DNA of 64,000 nucleotides from Haplodiscus bocki (lineage: Eukaryota). Location: contig OZ296652.1 of the NCBI GenBank assembly GCA_965655095.1, forward strand, positions 71,362,001-71,426,000, read 5' to 3'. The position numbers and the translations under genes are program-made. Numbering within the stretch: position 1 is the first letter of the stretch; the number at the start of each line of letters is the position of its first letter. This document shows positions 48,941 to 61,379 of the stretch, one piece after another. The notes under the pieces are model-generated. The model did no database searches, was not told the DNA's origin, and saw nothing but the letters and a program-made list of their open reading frames with translations.

Positions 48941-49157
48941 TATCTTTGATGTTTTCTGTAAATTAAATGACATTAAGAAAAATAACTGTTCATGATTGTG
49001 TAAAATTGATAGAAAACGTGATTAATTAAGAGAAAGTAAACCGAACACGATAAAGAATATTTTACTTCCTAGAAAACAAAATAAAAATCTTTCACAAAAC
49101 TATAAAAAAATCATTAAAAACGTAGCAGCAAGTGGGTATGGTATTCTTAAATGAAGA

Positions 49158-50227
49158 ATGATTTGTTACTTTTATTTAAAAAACATACTGATAGGTTTAT
49201 TCAACAAACAAAAACAAAACCACAGGAAATGCTTGAGTTTAAACCGAAGAAACAAATGGAAACTTTTTCAATTTCACCTCCAATAATTATTTGAGAAGAA
49301 GGAAAATGGTTAGTGGCAGTTACAAGTTTTGAAGCAACGAGCTGTGTTTTTCACAAAAGTAACCGGGTCAGAAGCTTTTCAATTACTACACCAGGTCATT
49401 GGAACTCTAAAACTGCTCAAAAAACTATTGACCAACCAAATGAATTACTAGAGCCTAGATCTTAAAACGATATTGAATTAAATGTTGAACAAGTTGAAAA
49501 AAAGGGATAATTTTAATAAAAGACTACTCTTTATCCAGTATCCAGTATTGGTACTTTTGAAATTGAAATACTTGAAGAATTAAAAATCTCAAAAAACACA
49601 GATCTAGAAGTTATGGTATATGGATATTAACTAACATATTATGAAATTATAGATATATTAGACCTAAATTATAATCCAACAACAACTATAGGACATACAA
49701 TACCACATGGTATATTTGAAGGTAGTGATATTAGTTTCATTTTAAAGCCTTTACTTCCTAATGAGGTAAAAATAATTTTTACAATTGATGATATTAGACT
49801 GAAATAAAATTTAAGTAATAATAAAACAATAAAGTTTACTGAAAAGTCTTTTTATTATACAAAATTAGGGTTTACTGAAACCCATTCAGATGAATTAGGT
49901 GAAATTGAAGGTACTGTTCAACTAATTCCAGGAAGTTATAAAAGCGAAAAACCTATTAACATCACAGGAATTGGTGAAGTACATCTAAAGGCAAAACTGT
50001 ATTGATGAATCAAATTCGGACGGAGTAAGACAGCCTTTTTTTACAGTTTTTCTCTCTCATCACCACCAGGACATAAAATATACAATCAACCTAGAATAAA
50101 ACTTTGTAAAATGATAAATAAATCTGTTTTATCTCATATAACATTTTATTTAGAAGACGACGATCACAAACCCGTTGAGTTTAATAATGAAACGATAAGT
50201 TTTACTTGTCAACTAATTAAAATATAA
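49158..50227 (+). pseudogene. Minor capsid (penton-like) protein 1
   Basis: FSISPPI...GKWLVAVTSFE; C-terminal EVHLK..CID...DGVRQP.FYSFSLSSPPGHKI...ITFYLEDDDHKPVEFNNETISFT. Confidence 0.75.
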
Positions 50228-50234
50228 TAAATAA

Positions 50235-51336
50235 ATGAACTTAAACATGATTAGACCTGAAAATGAAACAAGAGACTCATTACGTTCAATAACTAAAAAG
50301 TGTGAAACACAATTCAAACAAACTCATAGAAAAGCAGAAGGAACATTAGGATTTGAACTTAACAAATCAAAAGAAACATTTCATTTCAATCCACCTATGC
50401 CGATTGAAGGATCTTGGATGGTAGGATTAATAAGTTTAGAGGTGTACAATTCTATTTTTAACATAACAGAACAAAACAATAAATTTGAAATTTATGCAGA
50501 TAATTTCGACCAGTTTTCATTTGAAGAATTAGGAGATGAACTTGAAGAAATGCTTAATGTTTCAGATATTACATCTTATCATCTGCAACATGAACAAATA
50601 GGACCTGTTTTTCTTCAAACCATTCGGAAATTAAGATTGGAAAAATCAAGCACTGGTGGTTTTATTATACTATTATTGGGTTAATGCTCGATCTCCATTT
50701 CTAGATTTCGAAAGCTATCTTAGAAATGTAGTTGCTTTAGATGAACATGATATTCAAATAACTTTAAAACATTATAACTCAAAATTTGTCATTTTTAAAT
50801 TGTCCCCAGACACTTACACAATCAAAGATTTTGCAGAAACTGCTTACACCATGGGACATCATGAAGGAACTTTACAACTTGAATATGATGACATAACCAT
50901 GAAAAACAAAACTTTTTTTAAAACGCATTGGAGGTACTTTTGTGACGCTAAGATTTGATGAAAACCTTTTTTAATACTTTATTAAAGTTCACACTATATT
51001 GGTTTTATAAACCTACTAAAGCAATCCATGTTGATTCTCCAGGTGTGTACACTAAAGATAAAAATATGATTTTAAGTAACATAGATGAAATCCATTTCAA
51101 ATGTTATGTTGTAGAGGGATTGGTGGTCAATGGTTTAGGACAGACTGTACTTTTCAGTTTTGTTTTAGATAAGCCAGCAGGATACAATGTGTTTTGCCAA
51201 CGAGAAACAATACACTTTGAAGAAATAAAAAAATATGTTTTGATTACTATAACTTTTGGTTTAGAAGACGATAATCACTAAGAGTCAAATTTAACCAAGA
51301 AACTTTGACATGCACATTTAAAATGATCAAAATCTG
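50235..51336 (+). pseudogene. Minor capsid (penton-like) protein 2
   Basis: FHFNPPMPIEGSWMVGLISLEVYNSIFNITEQNNKF; IDEIHFKC.VVEGLVVNG..QTVLFSFVLDKPAGY...ITFGLEDD. Confidence 0.8.
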
Positions 51337-51339
51337 AAC

Positions 51340-51733
51340 TATTAAAAGGGTTTCCAGAAATTTAAAGTAGATAGTTATTGCGTTGGTGGTAGACACCGAT
51401 CTGCTACAAAAAAAATTATTGTGATATTACAAGTAATGGTAGTAAAGTACTAATTGTTCAATTTGTATCAAAACAAAGCATGACTGTTAGCGATAATACA
51501 ATACAAGCAGAAGATATGGGTGACTTTTTCAAAAGTCTGGGTAAAAAAGGACCTAATGTATCAAAGAATATGGAAAAAACGTATTAAAGAACCCGGGACG
51601 AGCCTTGCACATCACAACAAATCTTGCTACAGAAGCAGCATCTAGAAATGCTAAAATTGTAATGTCAACACTACCTCAACTAAAAACTTTTTATAACACA
51701 GGTAAAGGATTTTATTTGGGCAAATTCGTATAA
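51340..51733 (+). pseudogene. Small virion-core-like protein with amphipathic helix
   Basis: YCVGGRHRS...AEDMGDFFKSLGKKG...YNTGKGFYLGKFV. Confidence 0.5.
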
Positions 51734-51747
51734 ATTATGCTATATAA

Positions 51748-52260
51748 AGGGACCAAGAAACAGAAGAGCTATACCCATCAGCACCATTAGAGAATACTGA
51801 TTAAGAACAAAGATTAGAAAAGAAATTGAATAATGTTAACAGTTTTCACAATCAAATCAGTAAAATCAAAGGAATGATTACATACTTCAAAGATAAAAAT
51901 CATAAATCAAAAAAGAAATATAAAATTTTAAAACACTATCCACATTATTAAAATCATTTGATACATTTGTTAATATTGGCGCAACGTCGAGTTTGATTAC
52001 ATTATCCCTTACAGGAATCGGACTAATAGCTATACCAATATTAACAGCATCAGCTTGTACGTTATCAGTTGGTAATAAAGTAGTATATGAGATAATCATA
52101 AACAAGTACAACAAATACAAAAGACAATAAGAAAAATATCAACAAACTAATAAATCTTTTGGTATTATATACACAAAATCTTTACAAGATAATGTAATTG
52201 ATAAAAATTAATATGAAAGTCTATGTAACACTTTTACGAAATGTTTTGGAAGAAACAAAA
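51748..52260 (+). pseudogene. Coiled-coil/two-TM membrane protein
   Basis: LYPSAPL, coiled coil, then hydrophobic IGATSSLITLSLTGIGLIAIPILTASACTLSVG, then SLQDNVID. Confidence 0.6.
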
Positions 52261-52589
52261 AATGAACCTTTCTTGAAAATATGGACATAAAGATTAAAAT
52301 AATTTTTTTTAGTCATAATAATTTTATTTCAACCTAGAACCTAAAACCTAGAAACTGGAATTCCTAGAAGTTATTATTTTTAAAAGACGTCTCTTTTTAT
52401 TGATTTAGGAAGAAACTTAAAGGAGTAAAAACGTTATAGAAAGGTGGCAAACAGATGTAAAGGTTGTTTAAATATAATATTCAAGTGTGACTTTTGTGGA
52501 AAGTTTTTTTACAAAAAAAACTGACAGCTCATATCGAGCGAGAACATCATCCGAATGAACTTAATTCCAAAGTGATAAAAAATTATTGG

Positions 52590-53190
52590 ATTATGTTGAG
52601 AGTAACAATAACAATCGATCATTTTGGTTGGGCTTTGTTTTTCGGGTAAAACATATCTTATGTTGAAAATTTTTTCACTAATACCACCTGATCGAGATTT
52701 TTACATAATCACCAAATCACCTCCTTAAGGGTTTTCAAGTTCTAAAATCAAAATCAAAGAAATAAGTGATAAAATCAAACATTAAAACGAATACGAAAAC
52801 GTTATCATAGTTTTTGATGATAATTTAGGTTCATCAAATAGCAAATATATAGATCAATTTTCCATAAGAGGTCGACAGAACAATTTGGATCTTTGTTATC
52901 TATGACAATCATGTTTTGATTTACCCGAAAGAACAGTGCGAAACAATAGTAACAAAACTTTTTTGTTTGTTCAAACAATAAAAGATATAGAAAGTATATA
53001 TGGAGATGTTGGTGGTTACGATATTATTTATGATGAAACTAAACAATTGTGCAAAAAATCATGGGAAGAAGATTATACTTAGCTTCGTATTGATAGATCT
53101 AAAAAGACAGATCAAGGAAGATAATGTATTTGTAAAGAAACCCAAAACACATATATAGATTGTACTCCTAAACGAAACCTTTTTGATTAA
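52590..53190 (+). pseudogene. A32/FtsK-like DNA packaging ATPase
   Basis: Walker A VGLCFSGKT, Walker B VIIVFDD, RGRQ.N, QSCFDLP.RTVRNN. Confidence 0.9.
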
Positions 53191-53195
53191 CATAA

Positions 53196-54064
53196 ATGTT
53201 GTATTCAATTAAAAATAGAGATAATTTGGAAAATTCAAACGAGTTAGTCTCGTTAAACAGACAAGTAGCAGAATTTTGATTAAAAGACAAATTAAATAAA
53301 GGAAATTTTCACGAGAATGTAAAAAAAAGTTCGAACTGATACAATTAAAATTACCTCTGAAAAAATAACGAAAACTATCACGGAAACTTCTATTAACCAT
53401 AACAAAACACTAGAAAAACGAAACGACAAACTTCTAGGAATAATGACTGATAGAAGTATAAAAGCATCCTTTTTGTTGTCTCCTCTATCTAAAATCACCA
53501 ATCCTGAAAGTTCTATTCAGTTCAACCTAGTAAAATATTCCAACTCCAATAGAGTCAATGATTTGGTAATAAACAATACAATACCTGTTACTCTATATAA
53601 CAGTTTGCTAACTCTTCGTGACACAGGTAAAGAATTCGAATTGAAAGGAGATATTCTGAAAAAGATAACTAATAAAAACTATAATGTAGATCTTGCTAAA
53701 TTCTCAGACAAAAAAATAATGTATGATTTTGCAAAGGAAAAGGATTTTGATGTGAACGCTCAGGGTAATAGATTTACTCGAGATCGAACACTTATGAATT
53801 TGCTTAAATCACCAGGTTCAATGATTTTTGCTTCGGGAAATTCAAACACAGAATTTTTAACATCTGATCCAGACAAAATATGTGATAGATAAACATTATT
53901 AAAACAAGAAAAACAAGCTGGTAAAATTTCTGATATAAATAACGAGGAAATTATTGGTATACTTGTTGATAAATTATTAGAATACAAAAGTATTTCAAAA
54001 AAACAACATAAGCAAATTTAAATTAAATGTAATCTGTTAGACACAAAGAAAAAGTGCGTATAAA
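53196..54064 (+). pseudogene. Conserved Polinton protein of unknown function
   Basis: C-terminal FLTSDPDKICDR*TLLKQEKQAG...NEEI...DKLLEYK.I motif, of a type recalled from Polinton ORFs. Confidence 0.6.
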
Positions 54065-54254
54065 TACTCATATAGTCTGTACAATTACTCGCGTAGTTGA
54101 TATACGCGTAAGAATGTTATTACTCATATAAAAATACGTATACATAAATATAAATACTGATAAAAATGTATGTATACTCAATTATAAAAACTCATATAAT
54201 TGTATGTATACACAAATATAGTCGCAGATAAACATGTCTTTTTTTTCATATTAA

Positions 54255-55498
54255 ATGTTCAAGCCAAATGAAAATTATGAAATTGATCTTAGGATTCTGA
54301 AATTTGACTATATTCGTTATTCACCTGCTGAAACATCTACAATAGATACTCCTAATAGTCAAATACATATATCAATACACCTAAAGTATATTTTGTTTTT
54401 TCTTATTTAAATAGTTACTTGGATATAATTTTTGAAGTTATCAGAAAAGCTGCTAATTCCAGATATGCAGACGGGATTGATATACTGTTAGTTAATGTAG
54501 GACCTATTGCTTTATTCTTCAGTTTCAAATTGACAACAAGCAGTGTAAAACACTTGGAAGGTATTAGTCACAGTCACATAATTTCTTTAATGTAAAAACT
54601 AATAACTAGTGCTAAGCATTCTGATCATCTGCCTATTGGTTTTGACCGTAGTCGTGATAGAAGAAGACAAAAGTTAACTAATAACAAAAACGTAAAACGT
54701 AAAATTCATGTTAGATTTATGCTCAATGATGTCTTTGGATTTGCAACACACCAAGACAAAACCATTTGAGGCCTTGGTTATAAATTAACACTAACAAGAA
54801 ACAAAGACGATGCCGTTTTGCAAAAAGCTGTGGCAATAGCAGATGCTAGAATTAAAATTGATCATATCCATTGGTGTGTACCCTATTATACCCCTTCCAT
54901 TCAACAACAAGGTATATTAAACAAAATTTAAGCAAAACACCCACAGGGCTCAGATATGTTGAACGATCGGTTTTTATGAAAGAAATTAATATTCAAAACC
55001 TACGGAACTTTGAACTGGGCAGTCAAGAATCCACGAATATACCAATTTGGATAATTAGATACTTATAGACTTTCAACAACCAGATACACAAGGCTCACAA
55101 AAATTGAACACTGATAGTTCTTGTAGGTTACCTGTTGTTAGTGCTTAAGCTGTTATTGGAACGGAAAAAAGTCCGGATGCTGGTATTGGTAAATTAATGA
55201 ATTATGTTGAGGATGAATATAGTCAGGGTTATAGTCATTTTGAAGAAGCTTTCAGAGCTTTAACAAAAGATGACATCCTCCAACCATATATATCTGATGA
55301 TGTTTTTAGATCTTCAAACGGTGGATTGTTGAGCTTTGATATAATTTATACGTTACAACTTCCCAACCAAAAAAAGTAGAATGTAAAATTGATGGAATCG
55401 TTCTTAATGATATCAACGGATATGCTTTGGTGTTAACGAATAATTCATTTAGTATAAGCTCAGATGGTCAGCGACATTTTGATTTAATTTTAGTTTAA
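54255..55498 (+). pseudogene. Major capsid protein (double jelly-roll)
   Basis: ~410 codons: DYIRYSP, SYLDIIFEV, GPIALF..FKL, LNDVFGFA, GLGYKLTLTRN.DD, IHWCVP.YTPS, PIWII; size and position fit MCP. Confidence 0.8.
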
Positions 55499-56334
55499 GG
55501 CTTCATAACACTACCGCTTTTTTTCATTGTTAATTCTGTCTTTTTCAACAAGGCTTTATTATGTTTTTCGAGAAGTTGGTTGATTCTATAGCTTAGTATT
55601 ATATCATCGATAACTTCTGTTACTCTAAATAATCTCTAACTCCAGTTTGTCAAATCTGATTTTGAAAACGTTTTCTTCAAATCTGTTGTTCTGATGAGAT
55701 CGTTTACTTGAAACTTTGGTTTTATTTTTGTTTCGTTTGTCTAGAAATTTCTGTTAAACAAATCTTTCCTACTTTTTTATATTAGCTTGAAGAGGCGTCA
55801 ACTTAATCGATGAATGTATTCTTTTATTATTTTGTTTTGTTATTGTAGGCAATTTATCAACCCAATTGCCATTTCCTTTTTCAAAAACTGGTCTATCAAG
55901 AAGATTTCTAACAGTAAAGTTGAACCTTTCAGCAAAAACATCACCTAAGGAGATTTTTAAGAATAATGTTTATAGTTTTTGTTTTTTAGGAAATTCTGAA
56001 AAAATTGTTATAGAAATCTTTATAACGATCAGTCTCGAATAATAAAATTGGTTTTCTTTTTGAGCTTATAAGAATATTTTCGAAAAAGTCTCTTTTTATT
56101 ATGGAATTTTTGTTTTTCAATGGAACTGTCCAACCAAATTTACTAAAATTGTCAATTACTTATAAAATATATCTAAATCCTCTATTATTTTTAGGACCAT
56201 AATCTTTGAGGTCTAGTAAATCTGAGCTCTAAATGTCATCGATATGTTAAAAATCTGTTTTCTTTATAGCTTGATTTTTTTAGGTTGTTGTAATAAACCT
56301 TGTTTATGAATATTTTAATTGATTTCTGGGGTAT
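55485..56334 (-). pseudogene. Retroviral-like integrase of the Polinton
   Basis: SSDLLDL..Y..NNRGFRYI...DNFSKFGW.VPLKNK, ETDR, FAERFN.TVR, IHSSIKLTP, KPKFQVNDLIR, FSK..TNWS. Confidence 0.92.
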
Positions 56335-56613
56335 TTATACTGAATTTTACTTCCATAGCTTTCAACCTTTTTTCTAATTCAACATAGGACCTAAGTAATT
56401 CTTTAAAATTTAAATATCTGTTATTTTGTTTTTGTTATAGTTTATCTCTATTTTCTTTCATAATATATTTTTTTTCGATTTGATATTCTATTTTTATTCC
56501 CATTGTAACGTTCTAAACTTCGGATACTAATAAAATTTTTACATTCTGTATATTTGTTGTAAAAATCTTCAATTTTTTTTTCTATTTTTATTGAGTGCAA
56601 TTTTTTCTTTCCA
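56335..56613 (-). pseudogene. Small basic Polinton protein
   Basis: Broken frame ME.KK...FYNKYTECK...LLRSYVELEKRLK directly upstream of INT. Confidence 0.4.
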
Positions 56614-56669
56614 TTTATTTATTATAAATTTCAATGAAGTTTTTCTATTTCAAATAAAATAATACTATT

Positions 56670-59600
56670 AAATAGAGAAGCAGAATGGGAAACAACCGCA
56701 TATTTGAAACTTGTAATATTGATGTTCATAGAGCATCTATGCAGTAACACTCAAGCAGTAAAACACATTTAGAAAAAGAAAAACAAAATGAAATGATTAT
56801 ACCATTATATTTCATCAATGAAAGTTTAAAAATAGGTTTCAAATTAATTTGGAAAGACATAATGTTAATGATTCAAATTTTAACAAGTACACCCAATTTT
56901 CGAGAAATCGGAATCGAAACAAGATATTTAAAAAAGATCCTGAAAGAAATGGCATTTGTTTACGCTAGATTATTAAATCAAAATAAATTTAAGTATCATA
57001 TAATATTTTCAGTCAGCTTTTATAAAATTATTGAAGAGGATCAGAGAAGAGACGAAATTGAATTCTCCATTAACTTGAATAATAATCATAATTTAACAGA
57101 ATCTGATAGTGATAACATTGACGTTAATTCTCAATTAGAACATCCACTTCAAATTCAAGAAACAAAGGAAAGTGGTTGGATATTTGATAGAATTAATTCA
57201 ATGAAAATAAAATTTGATAAAACTGGTGAATTAAATGGTTCGAAGATTTTTAAATAGCTTTAAGATTTTCTGCTTCAATAAGTTATAAAAATAATGATAA
57301 ATATTGTCTCATTTGGTCAAAATTAGCTAAGCCTCATCCTTGTGGAATTGATCATCCTAACAGAGTTTCAAACTATAGAGAAAATTTTGATAAAATAAAT
57401 ATTGATGTTTTCGATTTCTCAAACGGATTTAAGTGTAGTGATGTTCAAAAATGTGAGACTTTAAACAATTTATCTATAAACAATTTTGCAAACAAAACTT
57501 CCAATTCTTTTTTCGGAAAAAAAAATTTGGGAAACATAAATTAATTCCTTTTGAGATTAGTAAAAAAGATTCGAATAGAGTCGTTGACCTTATAATCTAC
57601 GGAAATCCTTATGATCTCATTAAAAAATTAAATGTATTTTCAGCAGATCATCACAAAAATTTTATTTGTAGACGACGTTTGAATTCAAATACAAGTGAAA
57701 AAGTGTAATAACAAATAAACCAAAATGTGAAAATAATGATATAACTATTAGAACTTCCAGTTGAATCTCATATTTATTGGAAAAATATTTTCATAAAAAT
57801 CCATTATAATTTCGCATATACGCTGATTTTGAAGCTGAGAATGAAAATGATAATTCTAGTGTAGGAAATGAAACAACTAATATTTACAAACAAAATCCGA
57901 TGGTTAACGGTTTTAACATATTATCTGAATTAGAAGATGTTTTGAAAGATGGTCGTTACGAATCTCCTCTTGGATAAGATAATGTAGATTGGTTTGTGGA
58001 TGAAGTTATAAAATTAGAAAAAAAAGGTTTTCTATTTTGAAAGTACTAAGAAAGATATCATTATGACAGAGGAAGATGAACAAGAATATAGAAATAATAT
58101 TGTTTGTTGATTTTGTGAATAAAAAATTGAATTTGATAAAGTTAGAGGTCATTGTCACTTAACAAGTAGATATAGAGGTCCAGCACGTAGCAAATGTAAA
58201 ATAAACGTTACACAGAAACAAAGTATTTTTATACCATTTATATTTCACAATTTTAGTAAAAACGATTGTCATCTATCTTTTAAAATTTTAGTTGATAAAA
58301 AGAATGATAAAATGAAATTCGATAATATACCTAAACCAAAAAAGTACATATCTGTGACATAAGGATGTTTAGGGTTTATAGGTAGCTAACGATTTATATC
58401 AAGTAGCTCAGATTCATTAGTTAAAACGTTAGTTGGTAAGAGTCATAAAACACTTAAAAATTTGGAAGAAGAAAAAAGTTGATAAAGATGAAATATTAAA
58501 TATTGTTGAAGAAAAAAAAATTAATTAAAGAAGATAGGTATGATAACGCTTCGATTAAAGATTTAAGGAAAGATTATCCAGATAAAATTAAAAATTTAGA
58601 AGAAATTTTACTTAATTATATAGGTCAAAACGATCGTAAAGCTTTAATTAGAAAATTTCCTGACAAATGAAAATGTTTAACTAGAAAATTAGCATATCGA
58701 TATGAACATTTCAATAGTCTTGGTGATTATCGAGAGCCTGTTGATAATATAAAGAAAGAAGACTTCCTCAGTAAGTTAAAAGAAATGTCTTGATGATAAC
58801 GGAAGAGAACGAACAAAGGGAAATTTAAAAAAATTTCAAAAATTGAGAAAAGTTAACAAGATTATACTTAAAAAGTGATGTTTTATTACTTGCATGTGTG
58901 TTTGAGAAATTTTCAAAAGTATCGATTTTTTAATTTGGAATCAATCGACCATATTATGTTAGTTTAGCTGGTTATACGTGGCAGTGTGGCTTGAAATACA
59001 CAGGAATAAACTTACAAACACTTCAAGATAAAGATATAATTTTAGCATTAGAGAATAATATTAGAAGAGTCTTGAGCAGTGTTATGAGAGATCGATATGT
59101 AAAATCAGATGAAAATAAAAAGATTTTTTATATAGATGCTACTAATTAATTTATACGGACATTCTATGAGCCTACCTTTACCTTATGATGAAATTGAGAT
59201 GTGGCATGTTCATCCTGATTTTTATATGAATAAACAAGAATAAATTGTAATTACTCCTGATGACAGTGATTTGCAATAATTCATTGAACTTGATTTTGAA
59301 TATCCTGATAATCTAAAAAAAATATTTTCCATTTTGTCTGGAGAATAAAGTTATCCTTCAAAATAAAAATACCGATTATATGAAAATGAAACCTATGAAC
59401 TATACGAAAGCTAAGAAATTATTGCGTGATTGGACTGATAAAACTATTTGATTCATTGTAGGATGTTGAATTTTTACGTTGGACATGGTATGGTAGTTGA
59501 TAAGTTCATCAGATAAACTCATTTAAACAGAGTAAGTGGTTGGAAAAATATATGTTTCAGTAAAAAAATGAGAGAAAAGGCTAGAAACGAATTCGAAAAA

Positions 59601-60373
59601 GATTTCTATAAACTTTCCAACAACGCATTTTATGGAAAAACAACAGAAAAGGTCAGAAATCGTGTAAGATTAGAAATTATTAAAAAAGTTGAAAATTGAA
59701 AAATAATAAAACAACAGTCTAAACTAACCTTCAACGGAAATCATAAATCATATGAAAATTGTGAAAGCTATACATTTGAACAAAACGAAGTCCTAATGGA
59801 TAAGCCCATTACTGAGTATTTACTGTAAAAGAATCATCAAATTTACTCGTGTATGAGACATCTTATGATAAATTACAACCATATTTTGGAAACAATATTA
59901 TACAACTGCCTTTTATGGATTGTGAAAGCTTCGTTTGAATTTAACAGCAGAATTTTTCGTTAGAAACCTTGAAAAAATAGAGAATATTTTTGATTTTAGT
60001 AACTTAGATGAAACTCATGAATTACTTAGTAACAAAAACAAAAAAAAGAGTGGTAAATTTAAAATTGAAGCTCTTAAAAAATTTTTGGATAGATGAATTC
60101 ATTGCGTTGAGAAGTAAAATGTATGCGTTTAAATGTGGAGATGATAGTAAAATTATTTTGAAAGGTATTTGCAAATCTCAATCAAACCATATTAAATTTG
60201 AAGAATGCAAAAAATGTTTAGATGGTAAAGATTATCAAAATGAGTGTGATAAAGAAATTGTTCGATCAATTGATCGTGAAATGCATCTTCAAAAAGTAAA
60301 ATCTTCTACACTACTTTCATTTGATGATAAACGATGTTATAAAAATGGAACTGAAAGTAAACATTGCAATTAA
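56670..60373 (+). pseudogene. Protein-primed family B DNA polymerase (pPolB)
   Basis: ESGWIFD, YADFE (ExoI), FHNFS.ND (ExoII), YIDATN.LYGHSM..PLP, KLSNNAFYGK, MDCES (degraded DTDS), LRSKMY, KGI. Confidence 0.95.
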
Positions 60374-60389
60374 TCTTATCTGTTATTTC

Positions 60390-60950
60390 ATAGATCGTTG
60401 TAAAGGTAAAAAAAAACTGAGAAGATTTTTATTTCAAACGAAAACATTATTAATAAATCAATGATATATTGAATCAAAGTACTCTTGTTATTAATATGAA
60501 TATATGATTTCAGATATTGATGAAGTAGATTCTCTACTTGAAGAAGTTATTCAAATTGTAGAAAAAATAAATCTCTTTCGTGTGAATTAACATGTGTTTA
60601 TGATATAATATTTACAAATCTAACAAATAATAAAGAAGTTATTTTAACAATTAGTCTTGGATATGTGGAATTTAAACTTGATTACTGGAGGTTAAAAAAA
60701 ATTGAAAAATTTAAGAAACAATGGTTTTATAACTAATGAAGTAGTAAAATTAACAATAAGTTTTTATTCAAATCTATCCAGAATGAACATACATTTTTAC
60801 CTAAATTTCCATTTACCAATAATGTAAAGACAATTTTTCAGAACAATATCTCAAAATCGAGAATATATAAAGACTCATTGTAATGATTTTTATAATCTTT
60901 TTCAATTTGCTTGTAGAAAATGGTATTTAGACAATCAATCATCTAACGTT
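60390..60950 (+). pseudogene. Polinton protein related to 46623-47163
   Basis: DIDEVDSLLEEVI...CVYDIIF...NGF..NEVVKLTI...MNIHFYL.FHLPIM.RQFFRTISQN...FACRKW. Confidence 0.5.
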
Positions 60951-61167
60951 TGTATCGAGATTTTACCATTTCGACGTAATTTTGTAATTTAACACAGTTT
61001 TATAATAACACTTATTTGTATAATTTCATTCAAATTTATAATTCAAAATAACTTTATAATTTAACCTAAGTTTGTAATTTTTATATATTTTTTTAATATA
61101 ATTTCCTGTGCTACCATTGATAATACTGTTTTAAAAATTTTACAGAACTAATTTTTTGTTTCTGTGT

Positions 61168-61379
61168 AGCCCCATTGATGAAACTGTTCAAAATAACTTG
61201 AACAAAATTAAATTTTCTTTCCTGTAGACCCCCTTGATATATAAATGAAAAAACATTTTTATAAATCTAATTTTTCATTCCTGTGTACGCCCATTGGCAT
61301 AGTTTAAATTTCAATAATTTTAAGTTGATTTTTGCTGCGTCCGCGTCTTTCGGCGTCAAATTCCCTTTCGCACACTACT
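61168..61379 (-). repeat. Polinton right TIR
   Basis: Reverse complement of 43599-43810; ends CACACTACT, followed by CACTTA. Confidence 0.9.

Larger units (their letters stand above)
43599..61379. mobile_element. Full-length Polinton/Maverick (adintovirus-like), ~17.8 kb, pseudogenised
   Basis: Termini AGCAGTGTGC... / ...GCACACTACT (AGTAGT-type), TSD CACCTA/CACTTA, and remnants of pPolB, INT, ATPase, protease, MCP and mCP. Confidence 0.95.

Noticed and set aside
43599-61379. Alternative genetic code or programmed recoding explaining Polinton and gypsy stops
   Set aside because: TAA, TAG and TGA all occur alongside many frameshifts and damaged catalytic motifs, while the GPCR reads cleanly in the standard code. 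Neutral decay fits better, though some homopolymer indels could be sequencing error.
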